Assembly (NCBI GenBank): GCA_965223415.1
Contig: OZ245002.1
Coordinates: 2,496,001-2,560,000 of the forward strand
DNA length: 64,000 nt
Direction of reading: 5' to 3'
From: Myxococcota bacterium
GTDB taxonomy: Bacteria; Myxococcota_A; UBA9160; UBA6930
Positions 27,244 through 36,790 of the stretch are shown piece after piece. The first letter of the stretch is position 1; each line of letters starts with the position of its first letter. The position numbers were made by a program, and so were the translations under genes. The notes beneath the pieces were generated by a model, which was not told where the DNA came from, did no database searches, and worked only from the letters and a program-made list of their open reading frames with translations.

Positions 27244-28635
27244 TCAGTCGTCCTGGTGGATGGCCTTGGTGAAGGCCTTCAGCAGCGCCTGCCGGATCGT
27301 CGCCCGGTCGGCCCGCTTGTAGACCTTGCGGAAGGCCTTGAGCGGGATGATGCCCTTGGCCATCGAGCGGTGGCCGCCGCCGACGCCCAGGCCCTCGACC
27401 ACCGCGCGCACGACCTCGCCGGCCGCCCGCACGTAGCCCACGTTCCGCACCGAGAACACCAGGTCGCCGCCTACGATGCCCGCGGCGATCGCCCACTCGG
27501 CGCCCTCGGCCTGGAGGCCCAGGTCGGCCACCTGCGGGATCACGTCCTCGCGCACCCGGCCCAGCACGAGCAGGTGGATGCCCTCCTCGACGCTCGTCGA
27601 CGAGAGCGCCCGCCCGAGGGCCCGCAGCCCGTCGGCGGGCAGGGCCGGCCGCTCGATCCGCCGCAGGAGAGCGGGGCTGTGGCAAGCGTGCAGGGTCGCG
27701 AAGGCCTGCATGTCCGCGGAGCTGGTATCCCGCCCGAGCAGCTGGGTATCGCTCTTGATCCCGTACAGGAGCGCGGTGCCGAGCTTCCCGCGGATCTCGG
27801 TGCCGGCGGCCTGCAGGTATTCGGTCATGATCGTTGCCGTGGCGCCGTAGGCGGTGCGAATATCCTTCACCACCGCGTCGTAGCCGGTGCGCTCCGGGTG
27901 GTGATCGATCACCACGTCCACCGAGAGCACCCGAGCGGGGGGATGCTCACCGAACACCGTCGGCTGCACGTCCACCAGCGCGAGCCCGTCGAACTCGTCC
28001 AGCTCCTCCGGCGCGATGGTGCGCACCTCGATGCCGAGGGCCTGCACCATCGCCAGGTTCTCCGGCCGCTTCACCTCGCCGAAGGAGACCAGCGGCGCGG
28101 TCGGGGACTTGCGGCCGAGCAGGATGCGCAGGGCGTAGCCGGCGGCGATGCCGTCCGGGTCCGGATCCGGCTGGAGCAGGATGCCGATCTTCTCGCGGCT
28201 GCCGAGCAGCTCGCGCAGGCGGACGACCCGGCGCAGGTTGCCCAGGTGGGCGAAGTCGAGGTCGACGTCGTCCCGGATCTGGGTCCGCAGGCCGGTACGT
28301 CGCAGACAGGTGTGGTCCGGGATGTCGTCGGCGTCGAGCCGGTCGGACATCACCAGGATGGGGGCGCCGGGCGCGGCCTCGCTCACCGCGGCGACCGCCG
28401 ATCGCACGAAGGGCCCGTCCTCGGTGACCAGCGCGAACTCGTCCCCTTCCTTGGGCTCGAGCTTGGCGATCGAATCCGCGGCGAGTCCGCCGGCCAGGGA
28501 GCGGAAGCCCGGCGGCCTGGCGCGGGACTCCTCCTCGCGAGGCACCCAGAAGAGCTCCTCGGCCTCGCTGGCACCGATCCGGGCCCAGAGACGGGCCAGC
28601 TCGGCGCCATCACAGATGATGAATCGGCTCGCCAA
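27244..28635 (-). CDS. DHH/DHHA1 family phosphoesterase
   Basis: PDPDG, VIDHH, GIKSDT and GGGH motifs. Confidence 0.9.
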   Translation of the reverse strand: MASRFIICDGAELARLWARIGASEAEELFWVPREEESRARPPGFRSLAGGLAADSIAKLEPKEGDEFALVTEDGPFVRSAVAAVSEAAPGAPILVMSDRLDADDIPDHTCLRRTGLRTQIRDDVDLDFAHLGNLRRVVRLRELLGSREKIGILLQPDPDPDGIAAGYALRILLGRKSPTAPLVSFGEVKRPENLAMVQALGIEVRTIAPEELDEFDGLALVDVQPTVFGEHPPARVLSVDVVIDHHPERTGYDAVVKDIRTAYGATATIMTEYLQAAGTEIRGKLGTALLYGIKSDTQLLGRDTSSADMQAFATLHACHSPALLRRIERPALPADGLRALGRALSSTSVEEGIHLLVLGRVREDVIPQVADLGLQAEGAEWAIAAGIVGGDLVFSVRNVGYVRAAGEVVRAVVEGLGVGGGHRSMAKGIIPLKAFRKVYKRADRATIRQALLKAFTKAIHQDD

Positions 28636-28759
28636 TCCGATCCTGCTCCCACCCCGTCAGGTCGACGTCCGGGCCGCGTCCGCGGGGCCCGGCGCGCGAA
28701 AGTCTAGCCCTGCCCCCACCGCCGCACCCCCGGCCTGATCCCCGGGGGGATGCGCTCTC

Positions 28760-29968
28760 TCAGGTCGGTGGCCGGGCTCGGGCGAGGGCCAGGCAGCCGC
28801 CCCCCGCGAGCAGGACCGCCAGGAACAACGCGAACGCGGCCGCGTATCCCCCGGTCCGGTCCACGAGCAGCCCGGCGACCGGTGCCGCGGCGAGGAGCGA
28901 GGGCAGCCCGATCGGGCCCTGGAGCCCGAGGACCCGGGCAATCGAGCCGGCGCCGAAGCGCCCACCGACCAGCAGCGGATGGAGCGGCGCAACCCCGCCG
29001 GTCGCGAGGCCGATCCCGCCGGAAGCTGCGAGCGTCACCTCGTAGGACGGCGCGACGAGGATCAGTCCGAAGGCAGTGGCGCCCGCGGCGAGGAAGCCCA
29101 GGAGGATCACCTTTACGCCGAAGCGATCCGCCAGCGCCCCGGCCGAGAGGCTGCCAGCGAAGGCGAAGAATGCCATCACCGAGACCGACAGGGCGGCCGC
29201 ATCCAGGCTGGCACCCCCCTCGATCAGGAACTTCGGGAGGAATGGCCCGACACCCACCGGCAGGCAGAACACGAAGCCGAAGCCCAGGCCGATGAGCCAG
29301 AAGTCCCGGCTCCCGGCGAAGCCCGCGGCCGCGTCCTCCTCACCCGCCGGCACCGGGCTCGCCTCTGCGCGGCCGTCCGGGTGCTGCCCCGCGTCGCTGG
29401 GACTCACCACCACGCCGAAGGCCACCAGCGCGAGTGCCAGCGCGCCGCCGCCCAGCATCAGGGCCAGGATGGCGCTCCGGTAGTCGCCCCAGCCGAGTAG
29501 CCGCGCGGCCAGGAGCGGCACCACGAAGCCCGCCGCCGCCGGGCCGGCCGCCGCGACGGCCAGGGCCGTCCCGCGCCGGGCCTGGAACCAGCGCACGAGG
29601 ATGGCGTTCACCGGCAACGGCCCGAAGCCGGCGATGCCCACCGCGGCGAGCAGCAGCCCCGCCGCGAACATCCCGGCGGAATCCGCCATGCCCATGCCGA
29701 TCGCGCCGGCGCCCATCACCGCGATGCCCGCGAACATCACCTTGCGGATGGGTCCGCGGTCGACCACCGGGCCCAGCAGCGCGCCCGCGATGGCCAGGCC
29801 CGCGATGAAGGCTGTCATCCCGAGGCCCACCTGGGTGTCGCTCAGGGCGAACGCCTCGCCCACCGCGGGCACCAGCACCCCGAACGCCTGCAGGAGCCCG
29901 ATGCCGCACCCCTGGGCCAGCGCCAGACAGCCCGCTACGCGCCATCCGAGGAAGCGGGGCCCGGCCAT
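28760..29968 (-). CDS. MFS transporter
   Basis: About 12 TM segments; motif A 'GPVVDRGPIRK' / 'GALADRFG'. Confidence 0.9.
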   Translation of the reverse strand: MAGPRFLGWRVAGCLALAQGCGIGLLQAFGVLVPAVGEAFALSDTQVGLGMTAFIAGLAIAGALLGPVVDRGPIRKVMFAGIAVMGAGAIGMGMADSAGMFAAGLLLAAVGIAGFGPLPVNAILVRWFQARRGTALAVAAAGPAAAGFVVPLLAARLLGWGDYRSAILALMLGGGALALALVAFGVVVSPSDAGQHPDGRAEASPVPAGEEDAAAGFAGSRDFWLIGLGFGFVFCLPVGVGPFLPKFLIEGGASLDAAALSVSVMAFFAFAGSLSAGALADRFGVKVILLGFLAAGATAFGLILVAPSYEVTLAASGGIGLATGGVAPLHPLLVGGRFGAGSIARVLGLQGPIGLPSLLAAAPVAGLLVDRTGGYAAAFALFLAVLLAGGGCLALARARPPT

Positions 29969-30021
29969 CGCCGCACGATAGCCCGCTTGCCCAGCGCCGC
30001 GTGGTTGCGGATCCTCGCTCC

Positions 30022-30861
30022 ATGAAGCGGGCGTTCATCGGCGACGTGCAGGGCTGCGCCAACGAGCTCGATCTGCTCCTCGCGCGCATCGACGACGAGC
30101 TCGGCCGGAGCGCCGAGGTGTGGCTCGTCGGCGATCTGGTGAACCGCGGCCCCCACGACCTGCGCGTGCTCGAGACCGTTCGGGCGCGTGTGGAGGCCGG
30201 CCGCGCCCGCGTCGTCCTCGGCAACCACGAGCTGCACCTGCTGCGCATCGCCTGGGGCCTGCGGGAGCCCGGCCCGCTCGACACGGTGCAGAAGCTCCTG
30301 GCTCGCCCCGACGCCCGGGAGTGGGTCGATTGGATCCGCCACCTCCCCCTCGCCCTCACCGGCAAGCTGGGCCAGCGCCGCTTCGCCATGGTCCACGCCG
30401 CCAGCAAGCCCGGCTGGTCCCGCTCGCGGCTGGCCGAACGGGCCGCGGCGGCCGCCGAGCCCCTCGCGGCCCCGGGCGAGAAGACGGCCCGCCGCTACCT
30501 GGCCGGCGACGGCAGCCGCGAGCACGACGACCTGATGCGCCTCGTCTCCTGCCGCAGCGTCACCCCGGAAGGCTGGTCGTCCAAGACGCCCGAGGAGCTG
30601 CCCGGCGACGCCGTCCCCTGGCACGAAGCCTGGCGCGAGCGCCAGCACGGCCACGGCCTCGTCTACGGCCACTGGTCCCTGCAGCGCCTCCACGTGGCAA
30701 GGGGACTGCGCGGCCTCGACACCGGCTGCGTCCACCACGGCCGCGGGGTGAACGGCTACTTGACCGCCTGGGTGCCGGACACGAAGAAGGACGATCCCTT
30801 CGACGTGCCGGACGATCGGTTCTGGCGGGTGAAGGCGCGGAGGGCGTACTACCGGGATTGA
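30022..30861 (+). CDS. ApaH-like metallophosphoesterase
   Basis: IGDVQG, GDLVNRG, LGNHE, VYGHW and LDTGCV. Confidence 0.88.
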   Translation: MKRAFIGDVQGCANELDLLLARIDDELGRSAEVWLVGDLVNRGPHDLRVLETVRARVEAGRARVVLGNHELHLLRIAWGLREPGPLDTVQKLLARPDAREWVDWIRHLPLALTGKLGQRRFAMVHAASKPGWSRSRLAERAAAAAEPLAAPGEKTARRYLAGDGSREHDDLMRLVSCRSVTPEGWSSKTPEELPGDAVPWHEAWRERQHGHGLVYGHWSLQRLHVARGLRGLDTGCVHHGRGVNGYLTAWVPDTKKDDPFDVPDDRFWRVKARRAYYRD

Positions 30862-31007
30862 TGCGGCATGCGGACCGGTTCAAGGGGCGGGTGGCGTCTC
30901 ACCCTGGAGCGTCCGCAGGACGACCGCCGCACTGGAAGCGGTTCCATCTGCGCACAAGTCGTCGATGAAGTGTCTCCGAGTGCCTCGAGCACGCTAGCCC
31001 CCGTTGC

Positions 31008-31120
31008 CTAGCGGGCCTGCGGCCGAGCCCCCTGGAGCGCACCGAGGCCGGCCGTGGCGCTCAACGCCAGGAATAGTGAGGTGCACGCTCAGTGCCGAGG
31101 TCTCGGGTCACCTGCAGCGT
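31008..31120 (-). other. Highly degenerate attC-like remnant
   Basis: Minus strand carries GCTGCAGGTGACCC (L''-like) and GCTAGGC (R'-like). Confidence 0.3.
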
Positions 31121-31231
31121 CCCCCGCCCAGGGGCTTACATTCGTCGGTGAGCCGTTGCGCCTCCCCGGCCCATGCCTGTTTCGCGCTGCGCGCCGCACC
31201 CGCTCGCGCCCATGCCGGCCAGCTACCACCT

Positions 31232-31316
31232 TCGCGAGCCACCTGAGGTGGACCCAGGCAACCGCGCGTCGCAGCGACCTGCGGCGCCCGGCAAGCTGCA
31301 GCCGCTGATTGCGCGG
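31232..31316 (-). other. Degenerate attC site
   Basis: Minus strand GCGCAATCAGCGGCTGCAGC; shares the body GAGCCACCTGAG(G/T)TGGACCCAG with the attC at 32249. Confidence 0.5.
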
Positions 31317-31392
31317 CGCCGCCATGAGCCGCAGCAGAACGAGCGCGGTTCCCTGTCCTGCGGCCTCTCGCTGTGTGCGCGATCCTTGCGAG

Positions 31393-32235
31393 ATGGCGAG
31401 GACTTCGCGTTCCAGGACAGCGCAGGGCGTCGCGGCCGAACGTGCTGTGCTGGCGGGGATGGGTGTGATTGCCGACCCGTTCGCCCAGGACATGATCGGA
31501 CCGGCGATGGGAGGGATCGTCTGGCTCGTCCGCCAACTCCCAAACCGTGTGCGCGCGCGGTCCGCAACCCTGGCAGGGCTGGCCGCCCGTGTCCTGTGGT
31601 TCGACGCCCAGGTGGTTGGAGCCATTGAAGCCGGGCTTGGCCAGATCGCGGTGATTGGAGCCGGCTACGACAGTCGGGCGTGGCGATTCCGTCGGGACGA
31701 CGTGCGCTTCTTCGAGCTGGACCTGGGTGCAACGCAGCGAGACAAGATGAGCCGAGCTCCAGGGCCCGGGCCCACCTATGTTGAGGCCGACCTGGGGACC
31801 GATTGTGCCGCAGAGGCTCTTCAGCGGCATGGCCTCGACTCGAGCCGCCCGGCGCTCTTTCTCGTCGAAGGCGTGACGATGTACCTCGTTGAAGCCAGCG
31901 CCCTGCGTCAGCTTCGTGAGCTGGCGGCATCGAGCGCCGTCGGCAGCAGGCTGGCTGTGGACTTCTACCCGCCCCACGACGCTGGGACCTCGCGAAACAA
32001 CCGGCAGCGGCTTCTCCAACGCCTATCCCGGATCGGGAGCGGTGAGGGGTTCAGGCTTCTTGTGGATCGCCGGGCGGCGGTCGGACTGGTCGAGTCATCC
32101 GGGTGGAAAGTCGAGCAAGCGACGAGCATCAGAGAAGCGGCTCGGGTCCTCGTAGGACGCGACGCTGGCCTACCAATCGAATCTGTGAACGAACACAAGA
32201 CCCTGGTTGCCGCCATTCGAGCCGGAGAGGCTTGA
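31393..32235 (+). CDS. Class I SAM-dependent methyltransferase (LCM-like), cassette gene in inverted orientation
   Basis: 'SRTAQGVAAERA', 'IGAGYDSRAWR', 'FFELD' and 'VEGVTMYL'; atypical codon use. Confidence 0.88.
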   Translation: MARTSRSRTAQGVAAERAVLAGMGVIADPFAQDMIGPAMGGIVWLVRQLPNRVRARSATLAGLAARVLWFDAQVVGAIEAGLGQIAVIGAGYDSRAWRFRRDDVRFFELDLGATQRDKMSRAPGPGPTYVEADLGTDCAAEALQRHGLDSSRPALFLVEGVTMYLVEASALRQLRELAASSAVGSRLAVDFYPPHDAGTSRNNRQRLLQRLSRIGSGEGFRLLVDRRAAVGLVESSGWKVEQATSIREAARVLVGRDAGLPIESVNEHKTLVAAIRAGEA

Positions 32236-32248
32236 TCGCCGAGGCCCT

Positions 32249-32359
32249 GCCCAACGGGTAGGCGGCCCGAAGCTCGCTGAGCCACCTGAGTTGGACCCAG
32301 TGTACCACGCCAAGAGCGGAAGCAGCGGTTCCCCGGTCAGGTCCAACCCCTTGTTAGGC
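32249..32359 (-). other. attC site (L' box deleted)
   Basis: R'' GCCTAAC just after the cassette stop and R' GTTGGGC. Aligns with the attC body at 38544-38620 but lacks ~17 nt containing CTCAGCTG. Confidence 0.75.
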
Positions 32360-32365
32360 AGCTGC

Positions 32366-32860
32366 TCACTCGACTCGATAGATCAGCCAAGCCGAAAAGA
32401 CGATGAAGCCGACGCCGAGGCATGTAAGGAGGCCCAGTTGGAAGATGCCTGGGTTGAGCGAGATCACGCTGAGCCCGGTGACCAAGAGAGCACCGATCTC
32501 GACGAAGACTGCGAGTGGCACAACCGCATAGAGGTAGGGGTAGGGACCGCGGTCGCCGGTGCGCTCGACGCTTCGATTGCGTTTCAGTACGAAGACGGAG
32601 AAGAGAAGCATCGCGAGGCCGAGCGCCCCGCTGCAGGCCACCAAGGTTGTTTCAACGGCGACGCCAGTCTCGACTAACGCCGAGGGAACGAGAGAGAACA
32701 CCAACGCCATGCCACTCCAGCCGAGCATCTGGCGGAGAGCTAGACGGTCTCGTTCGCTGAATCCGTCTTGGGCACGGCGCTGAAGGGCTGCCGCAACTCC
32801 GGAGAACCCAGCTAGGGCTACTGCAATCTCGGCTATGACCTCGTAGGACTGTAGTTCCAT
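32366..32860 (-). CDS. Cassette-borne membrane protein
   Basis: 'IAEIAVALAGFSGV', about 5 TM segments, lower GC, stop adjacent to the attC. Confidence 0.8.
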   Translation of the reverse strand: MELQSYEVIAEIAVALAGFSGVAAALQRRAQDGFSERDRLALRQMLGWSGMALVFSLVPSALVETGVAVETTLVACSGALGLAMLLFSVFVLKRNRSVERTGDRGPYPYLYAVVPLAVFVEIGALLVTGLSVISLNPGIFQLGLLTCLGVGFIVFSAWLIYRVE

Positions 32861-32876
32861 CGGCTCGCGCAGCCGC

Positions 32877-33268
32877 CTTGTGTGTTCCGCCTAGCGCCAG
32901 ATTCGGGATAGGGTAGGTGTTTCGATCGGGGAGACCGTAGCTGCCTGAAGCCAGGTGAGCCTGAGAGTTGGATGAATCCCCCGTCCTTCTCGCCATGCCT
33001 TGAAGTATGCGAGGCCCGAGAGCCCGGATCTACAAAGTCGGTAGACGAGGATTCAGGGTCGGGCGACCGAGCGAGATTCTACACCGAGGAGGGAAACGAG
33101 CGGGCCGGGAATGGGGGGCTGGCCCAGGCCTTGGTTCGTCGGCGCAGCGCCGCGCGTGTGCGTCGAGGTGAAGGGCATCTACCACCTCGAGCCGTGTCTG
33201 TGGCCGGACGACGCAGCTCGGATCGAGGTGATGGTGGCGAACCCGCGAGCCACGAAGGATCTTGGCTC
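32877..33268 (+). pseudogene. IS110 remnant (left end, bridge-RNA region and transposase fragment)
   Basis: The non-coding part aligns with 37360-37500. The fragment 'ARVCVEVKGIY..EVMVANPRA' matches the transposase at 37531. Confidence 0.8.
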
Positions 33269-33291
33269 GGGTCAGCTGCAGCCGGTTAGGC
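33269..33291 (-). other. attC left half (R''-L'')
   Basis: GCCTAACCGGCTGCAGCTGACCC, overlapping the TAA stop of the DUF2442 gene. Confidence 0.75.
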
Positions 33292-33558
33292 GGCGCCCCT
33301 CTGCTTGGGCGGCGCGGGTGCGCCGCGGAGGAGGCCTTCCGCACTGAGGTCTTCATCCACATCCGGCCAGTGAATTCCGTGGCCACCACCACAGAGCTCC
33401 CACTTCTCGCGTTGCTCACGGGTGGCGTGCAGGAGCCGAGGGAACCAAGCGAGCGGAACAGAAATGGTGCGACCATCAGCAAGCGTCGCGTGAAGCGAGT
33501 CGTCATCGATTTCGACATCGATGATTCGCTCGCCCGCTCTAGGTTCCGAAGTAACCAT
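33286..33558 (-). CDS. DUF2442 family protein (putative TA component)
   Basis: 'LADGRTISVPLAWFPRLLHAT..GIHWPDVDEDLS'. Confidence 0.9.
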   Translation of the reverse strand: MVTSEPRAGERIIDVEIDDDSLHATLADGRTISVPLAWFPRLLHATREQREKWELCGGGHGIHWPDVDEDLSAEGLLRGAPAPPKQRGAA

Positions 33559-33775
33559 TCCAGGCCTCGAAGAGAGATCGTTCGTTGGATCGAATCAGCG
33601 CTTCGATCTGTCGCAGTTCCCGCGGGCCGAACCCGAGGTTTCGCGCCAACCCAACCGGAGCGAGCCAGAACTTCGCGGTTCGATCGTCGCGATCAACGTG
33701 AACGTGCGGAGGTTCGTTCGGCTCATGGCTGTAGAAGTATATCCGGTAGGGTCCGGACCGAAGAACCGTCGGCAT
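33539..33775 (-). CDS. DUF4160 family protein (putative TA component)
   Basis: 'MPTVLRSGPYRIYFYS.E..EPPHVHV..AKFWL'. Confidence 0.9.
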   Translation of the reverse strand: MPTVLRSGPYRIYFYSHEPNEPPHVHVDRDDRTAKFWLAPVGLARNLGFGPRELRQIEALIRSNERSLFEAWNGYFGT

Positions 33776-33855
33776 GGCTCACCGCAAGGTATCGGATTCC
33801 CAAGCGAAATCGCCTTGCGGCACCACCTCGCAGTAGGAGGGGGCCGAGGCACTAG

Positions 33856-35146
33856 CAGGCTGCGGAAAAACCCCGTGCGACGGGTCGAATCGGTTGGTAC
33901 AGGCATACCGGGGGGATGGAGATGCGCGGAACCGATCGAACGCAGTCCACGATGTTCAGCTACGTGTCGCCGGAGGCGCGTGTCCCCGCCGATCATCCAC
34001 TGCGCGTGACGCGGGAGATGACGAATCGCGCCCTGGTCCGGCTGGACGGGAGGTTGCGGAAGCTGTACTCGCGGACGGGTCGGCCGTCGATTCCGCCCGA
34101 GCACCTGTTGCGGGCCCTGCTGCTGCAGGTGCTCTACTCGGTGCGAAGCGAGCGGATGCTGATGGAGCAGCTCGAGTACAACCTGCTGTTCCGCTGGTTC
34201 GTGGGGCTCGAGATGGACGACCGGGTCTGGGACGTGACGGTGTTCACGAAGAATCGGGATCGGTTGCTTCGGGGAGAGATCGCGGAGGGGTTCTTTCAGG
34301 CCGTGTTGGCGGAGGCCCGCGAGGAGGGGCTTCTGTCGGACGAGCACTTCACGGTGGACGGCACGCTGATCGAGGCATGGGCGGGGCAGAAGAGCTTTCG
34401 GCCGAAGGACGAGGACCGGGGCGGCCGCGGGGGTGGACGGAAGGCGACGGAGCGGGACTTCCACGGTGAGCGTAGGAAGAACGACACGCACGCCTCGACG
34501 ACGGACCCGGAGTCCCGGCTCTACCGCAAGGGGAAGGGGAAGGAAGCGAAGCTGTGCTTCATGGGCCACGTGGTGACGGAGAACCGGCATGGCCTGGTGG
34601 TGGCGGCCAAGACGACGCTGGCCACGGGCACGGCGGAGCGCGAGGCCTCGGTGGCGATGGTGAAGCGGGTGCCACGCGGACGGCGATCGACGTTGGGCGG
34701 AGACAAGGGCTACGACACGGTGTCGCATGTCGAAGAGCTTCGAGAGCTGGGCGTGACCCCGCACGTCGCGCAGAACGACAAGGGCCGCCGCAGCGCGATC
34801 GATGATCGAACGACGACGCACGTGGGCTACGAGATCAGCCAGCGCAAACGCAAGGCGATCGAGCAGGTCTTCGGCTGGGGGAAGACGGTAGGCCCGATTC
34901 GCAAGGTGAAGCATCGCGGCAAGGAGCGGGTGGGCTGGATGTTCACGTTCACCCAGGCGGCCTACAACCTTGTGAGGATGAGGAACCTGCTATGCCCCAC
35001 GTAGCTTGTCGGGTCGAGTGGAGGGCCCCGTTGGCAGCGAGCCGGGCGTCAACCGGCGGCAAGGCCTCGATTCCGCGCTCCTTTCCTAGCCAAAGCGCCT
35101 CCAAGGCACCGTTCTCTGCGTACCATCGGCGTTCTTCCGCAGCCTG
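33856..35146 (+). mobile_element. IS5-family element
   Basis: Terminal IR CAGGCTGCGGAA / TTCCGCAGCCTG, with CTAG duplicated at 33852-33855 and 35147-35150. Confidence 0.92.
33922..35004 (+). CDS. IS5-family transposase
   Basis: 'GRPSIPPEHLLRA', 'VDGTLIEA', 'GDKGYD' and 'IEQVFGW'. Confidence 0.95.
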   Translation: MRGTDRTQSTMFSYVSPEARVPADHPLRVTREMTNRALVRLDGRLRKLYSRTGRPSIPPEHLLRALLLQVLYSVRSERMLMEQLEYNLLFRWFVGLEMDDRVWDVTVFTKNRDRLLRGEIAEGFFQAVLAEAREEGLLSDEHFTVDGTLIEAWAGQKSFRPKDEDRGGRGGGRKATERDFHGERRKNDTHASTTDPESRLYRKGKGKEAKLCFMGHVVTENRHGLVVAAKTTLATGTAEREASVAMVKRVPRGRRSTLGGDKGYDTVSHVEELRELGVTPHVAQNDKGRRSAIDDRTTTHVGYEISQRKRKAIEQVFGWGKTVGPIRKVKHRGKERVGWMFTFTQAAYNLVRMRNLLCPT

Positions 35147-35350
35147 CTAGGACCCGGGGCCAAAGACGGAGAGATACGAGTCTAGGGCTGCGCTGAGCCA
35201 GCTGTCGTCGAGCCGCCGCAACTCGTCGATTCGCTCCTCGGGTTGGAGAATGTCGAGAAGGAGCTTCCCGAAGGGCAATTCGGGCTTGGCATCCCAGGCA
35301 CTGCCCAGCGCCTCGAGGATCTCCGCTCGCTCCTCTTCGCGGTTGGACAC
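35147..35350 (-). CDS. Small cassette hypothetical protein (67 aa)
   Basis: 'ILEALGSAWDAKPELPFGKLL'; the stop codon lies in the IS5 CTAG target. Confidence 0.6.
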   Translation of the reverse strand: MSNREEERAEILEALGSAWDAKPELPFGKLLLDILQPEERIDELRRLDDSWLSAALDSYLSVFGPGS

Positions 35351-35420
35351 CCCGCCAGCCTACCCCTAGAAGGTTCGCTCGCTGGCGCCCGATCGCGTCC
35401 AACCTGTCCGCGTTCGCCAA

Positions 35421-35521
35421 GCCGCCTTGTACCTCTGATCCAGCCGGCCAAGGAACAACCCCAGGCTACCATGGCCGTTTGAAGGGTGCTTGGAGCCGTC
35501 AGCTGCAGCCGCTTGTTAGGC
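35421..35521 (-). other. attC site whose R' end is replaced by an IS110 left-end stub
   Basis: R''/L'' GCCTAACAAGCGGCTGCAGCTGAC. The other end reads GCCGCCTTGTACCTCTGA, identical to 37297-37314. Confidence 0.75.
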
Positions 35522-35528
35522 GCCGCGC

Positions 35529-36786
35529 GGTACGGTCCGGCCACATCCTTTACAGGAGTCCAGGGACATCGTTTACACCCGGGGGATGCCCTGGATGGAA
35601 ACGGATGCAAGGAAGCAGCGGCAGGCGTTCGTTCGCGACTACGAGAGCGGTCAGTGGTCGATGAGCGAGCTGTGTCGGCGGTATCGTGTCTCCCGGCCCA
35701 CAGGCTACAAGTGGCTCGGGCGCTTCGAGTCGGAGGGGGAGGCCGGCCTGGAGGAGAGGTCCCGTGCGCCGGCTCGCTGCCCGCACAGGACGCCAGCGAG
35801 CGTGGAGCGCAAGATCCTGGCCCTTCGCGCCGAGTACGGCTGGGGTGCGAAGAAGATCTTGCAGGTGCTCGAGCGCCGGTACCCGAAGATGCAGAGGCCC
35901 GCGCGAAGCACGGTGAACGCGATCCTCGATCGCCACGGCAAGCTGCGCAAGAACCGACGTCGGAAGAAGTGGTCGCATCCCGGCGCTGCGTCGCTGTCGA
36001 CCGACCACCCGAACCAGGTGTGGCCCGCGGACTTCAAGGGCCAATTCAAGATGCGCAACGGTCGCTACTGCTACCCGCTGACCGTGACCGACCACTGCAG
36101 CCGCAAGCTCCTGATGTGCCGCGGGCTGCACTCGATTCGCACCGAGGGCGTGAAGCCGCTGTTTCGGGAGCTCTTTCGCGAGGTCGGACTTCCCGAGGCG
36201 ATTCGCACCGACAACGGTGCCCCCTTCGCATCGACCGGGATCCACGGCCTGTGCGAACTCAACGTGTGGTGGATGAAGCTCGGCATCGTGCACCAGCGCA
36301 TCCGTCCTTCGAGCCCCCAACAGAACGGGCAGCACGAGAGGATGCACAAGGACCTCAAACGCGAGGCGACCCGCCCGCCTGGCGCGAACCTCAACGTCCA
36401 GCAGCGGATGCTCGAGGCCTTTCGTCGACGCTACAACGAGGAGCGGCCGCACGAAGCACTCGGTGGAGCGTTTCCCGAGGAGCGCTACGAGCCCTCGCCG
36501 CGGCCGTACCCCAGTCGCCTCTCGCCGCCGGAGTACCCTGCGCAGATGGAAGTGCGCCGCGTGAGCCGGGCCGGGACGTTTCGGCTGAAGGCGAAGCAGC
36601 CCTTCCTGAGCAACGCACTGGCCGATGAGTACATCGGACTTGAAGAGATCGGCGACGGCATCTGGAGCATCGTCTACTACGAGACGATCCTGGGCCGCAT
36701 CGACGAGCGCAGCAGGAAGATCACCGGAGTCTGAGAGGTGTAAACGATCTACCTGGACTTGTGTAAAGGATCAGCCGGACCGGTCA
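35529..36786 (+). mobile_element. IS481-family element
   Basis: Long imperfect IRs (CGGTCCGGC..ATCCTTTACA..GTTTACACC and its reverse complement); inserted between a cassette stop codon and its attC. Confidence 0.85.
35586..36734 (+). CDS. IS481-family transposase (HTH + rve)
   Basis: MPWME start, 'WPADFKG', 'RTDNGAPF' and 'QQNGQHERMH'. Confidence 0.93.
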   Translation: MPWMETDARKQRQAFVRDYESGQWSMSELCRRYRVSRPTGYKWLGRFESEGEAGLEERSRAPARCPHRTPASVERKILALRAEYGWGAKKILQVLERRYPKMQRPARSTVNAILDRHGKLRKNRRRKKWSHPGAASLSTDHPNQVWPADFKGQFKMRNGRYCYPLTVTDHCSRKLLMCRGLHSIRTEGVKPLFRELFREVGLPEAIRTDNGAPFASTGIHGLCELNVWWMKLGIVHQRIRPSSPQQNGQHERMHKDLKREATRPPGANLNVQQRMLEAFRRRYNEERPHEALGGAFPEERYEPSPRPYPSRLSPPEYPAQMEVRRVSRAGTFRLKAKQPFLSNALADEYIGLEEIGDGIWSIVYYETILGRIDERSRKITGV

Positions 36787-36790
36787 GGCC

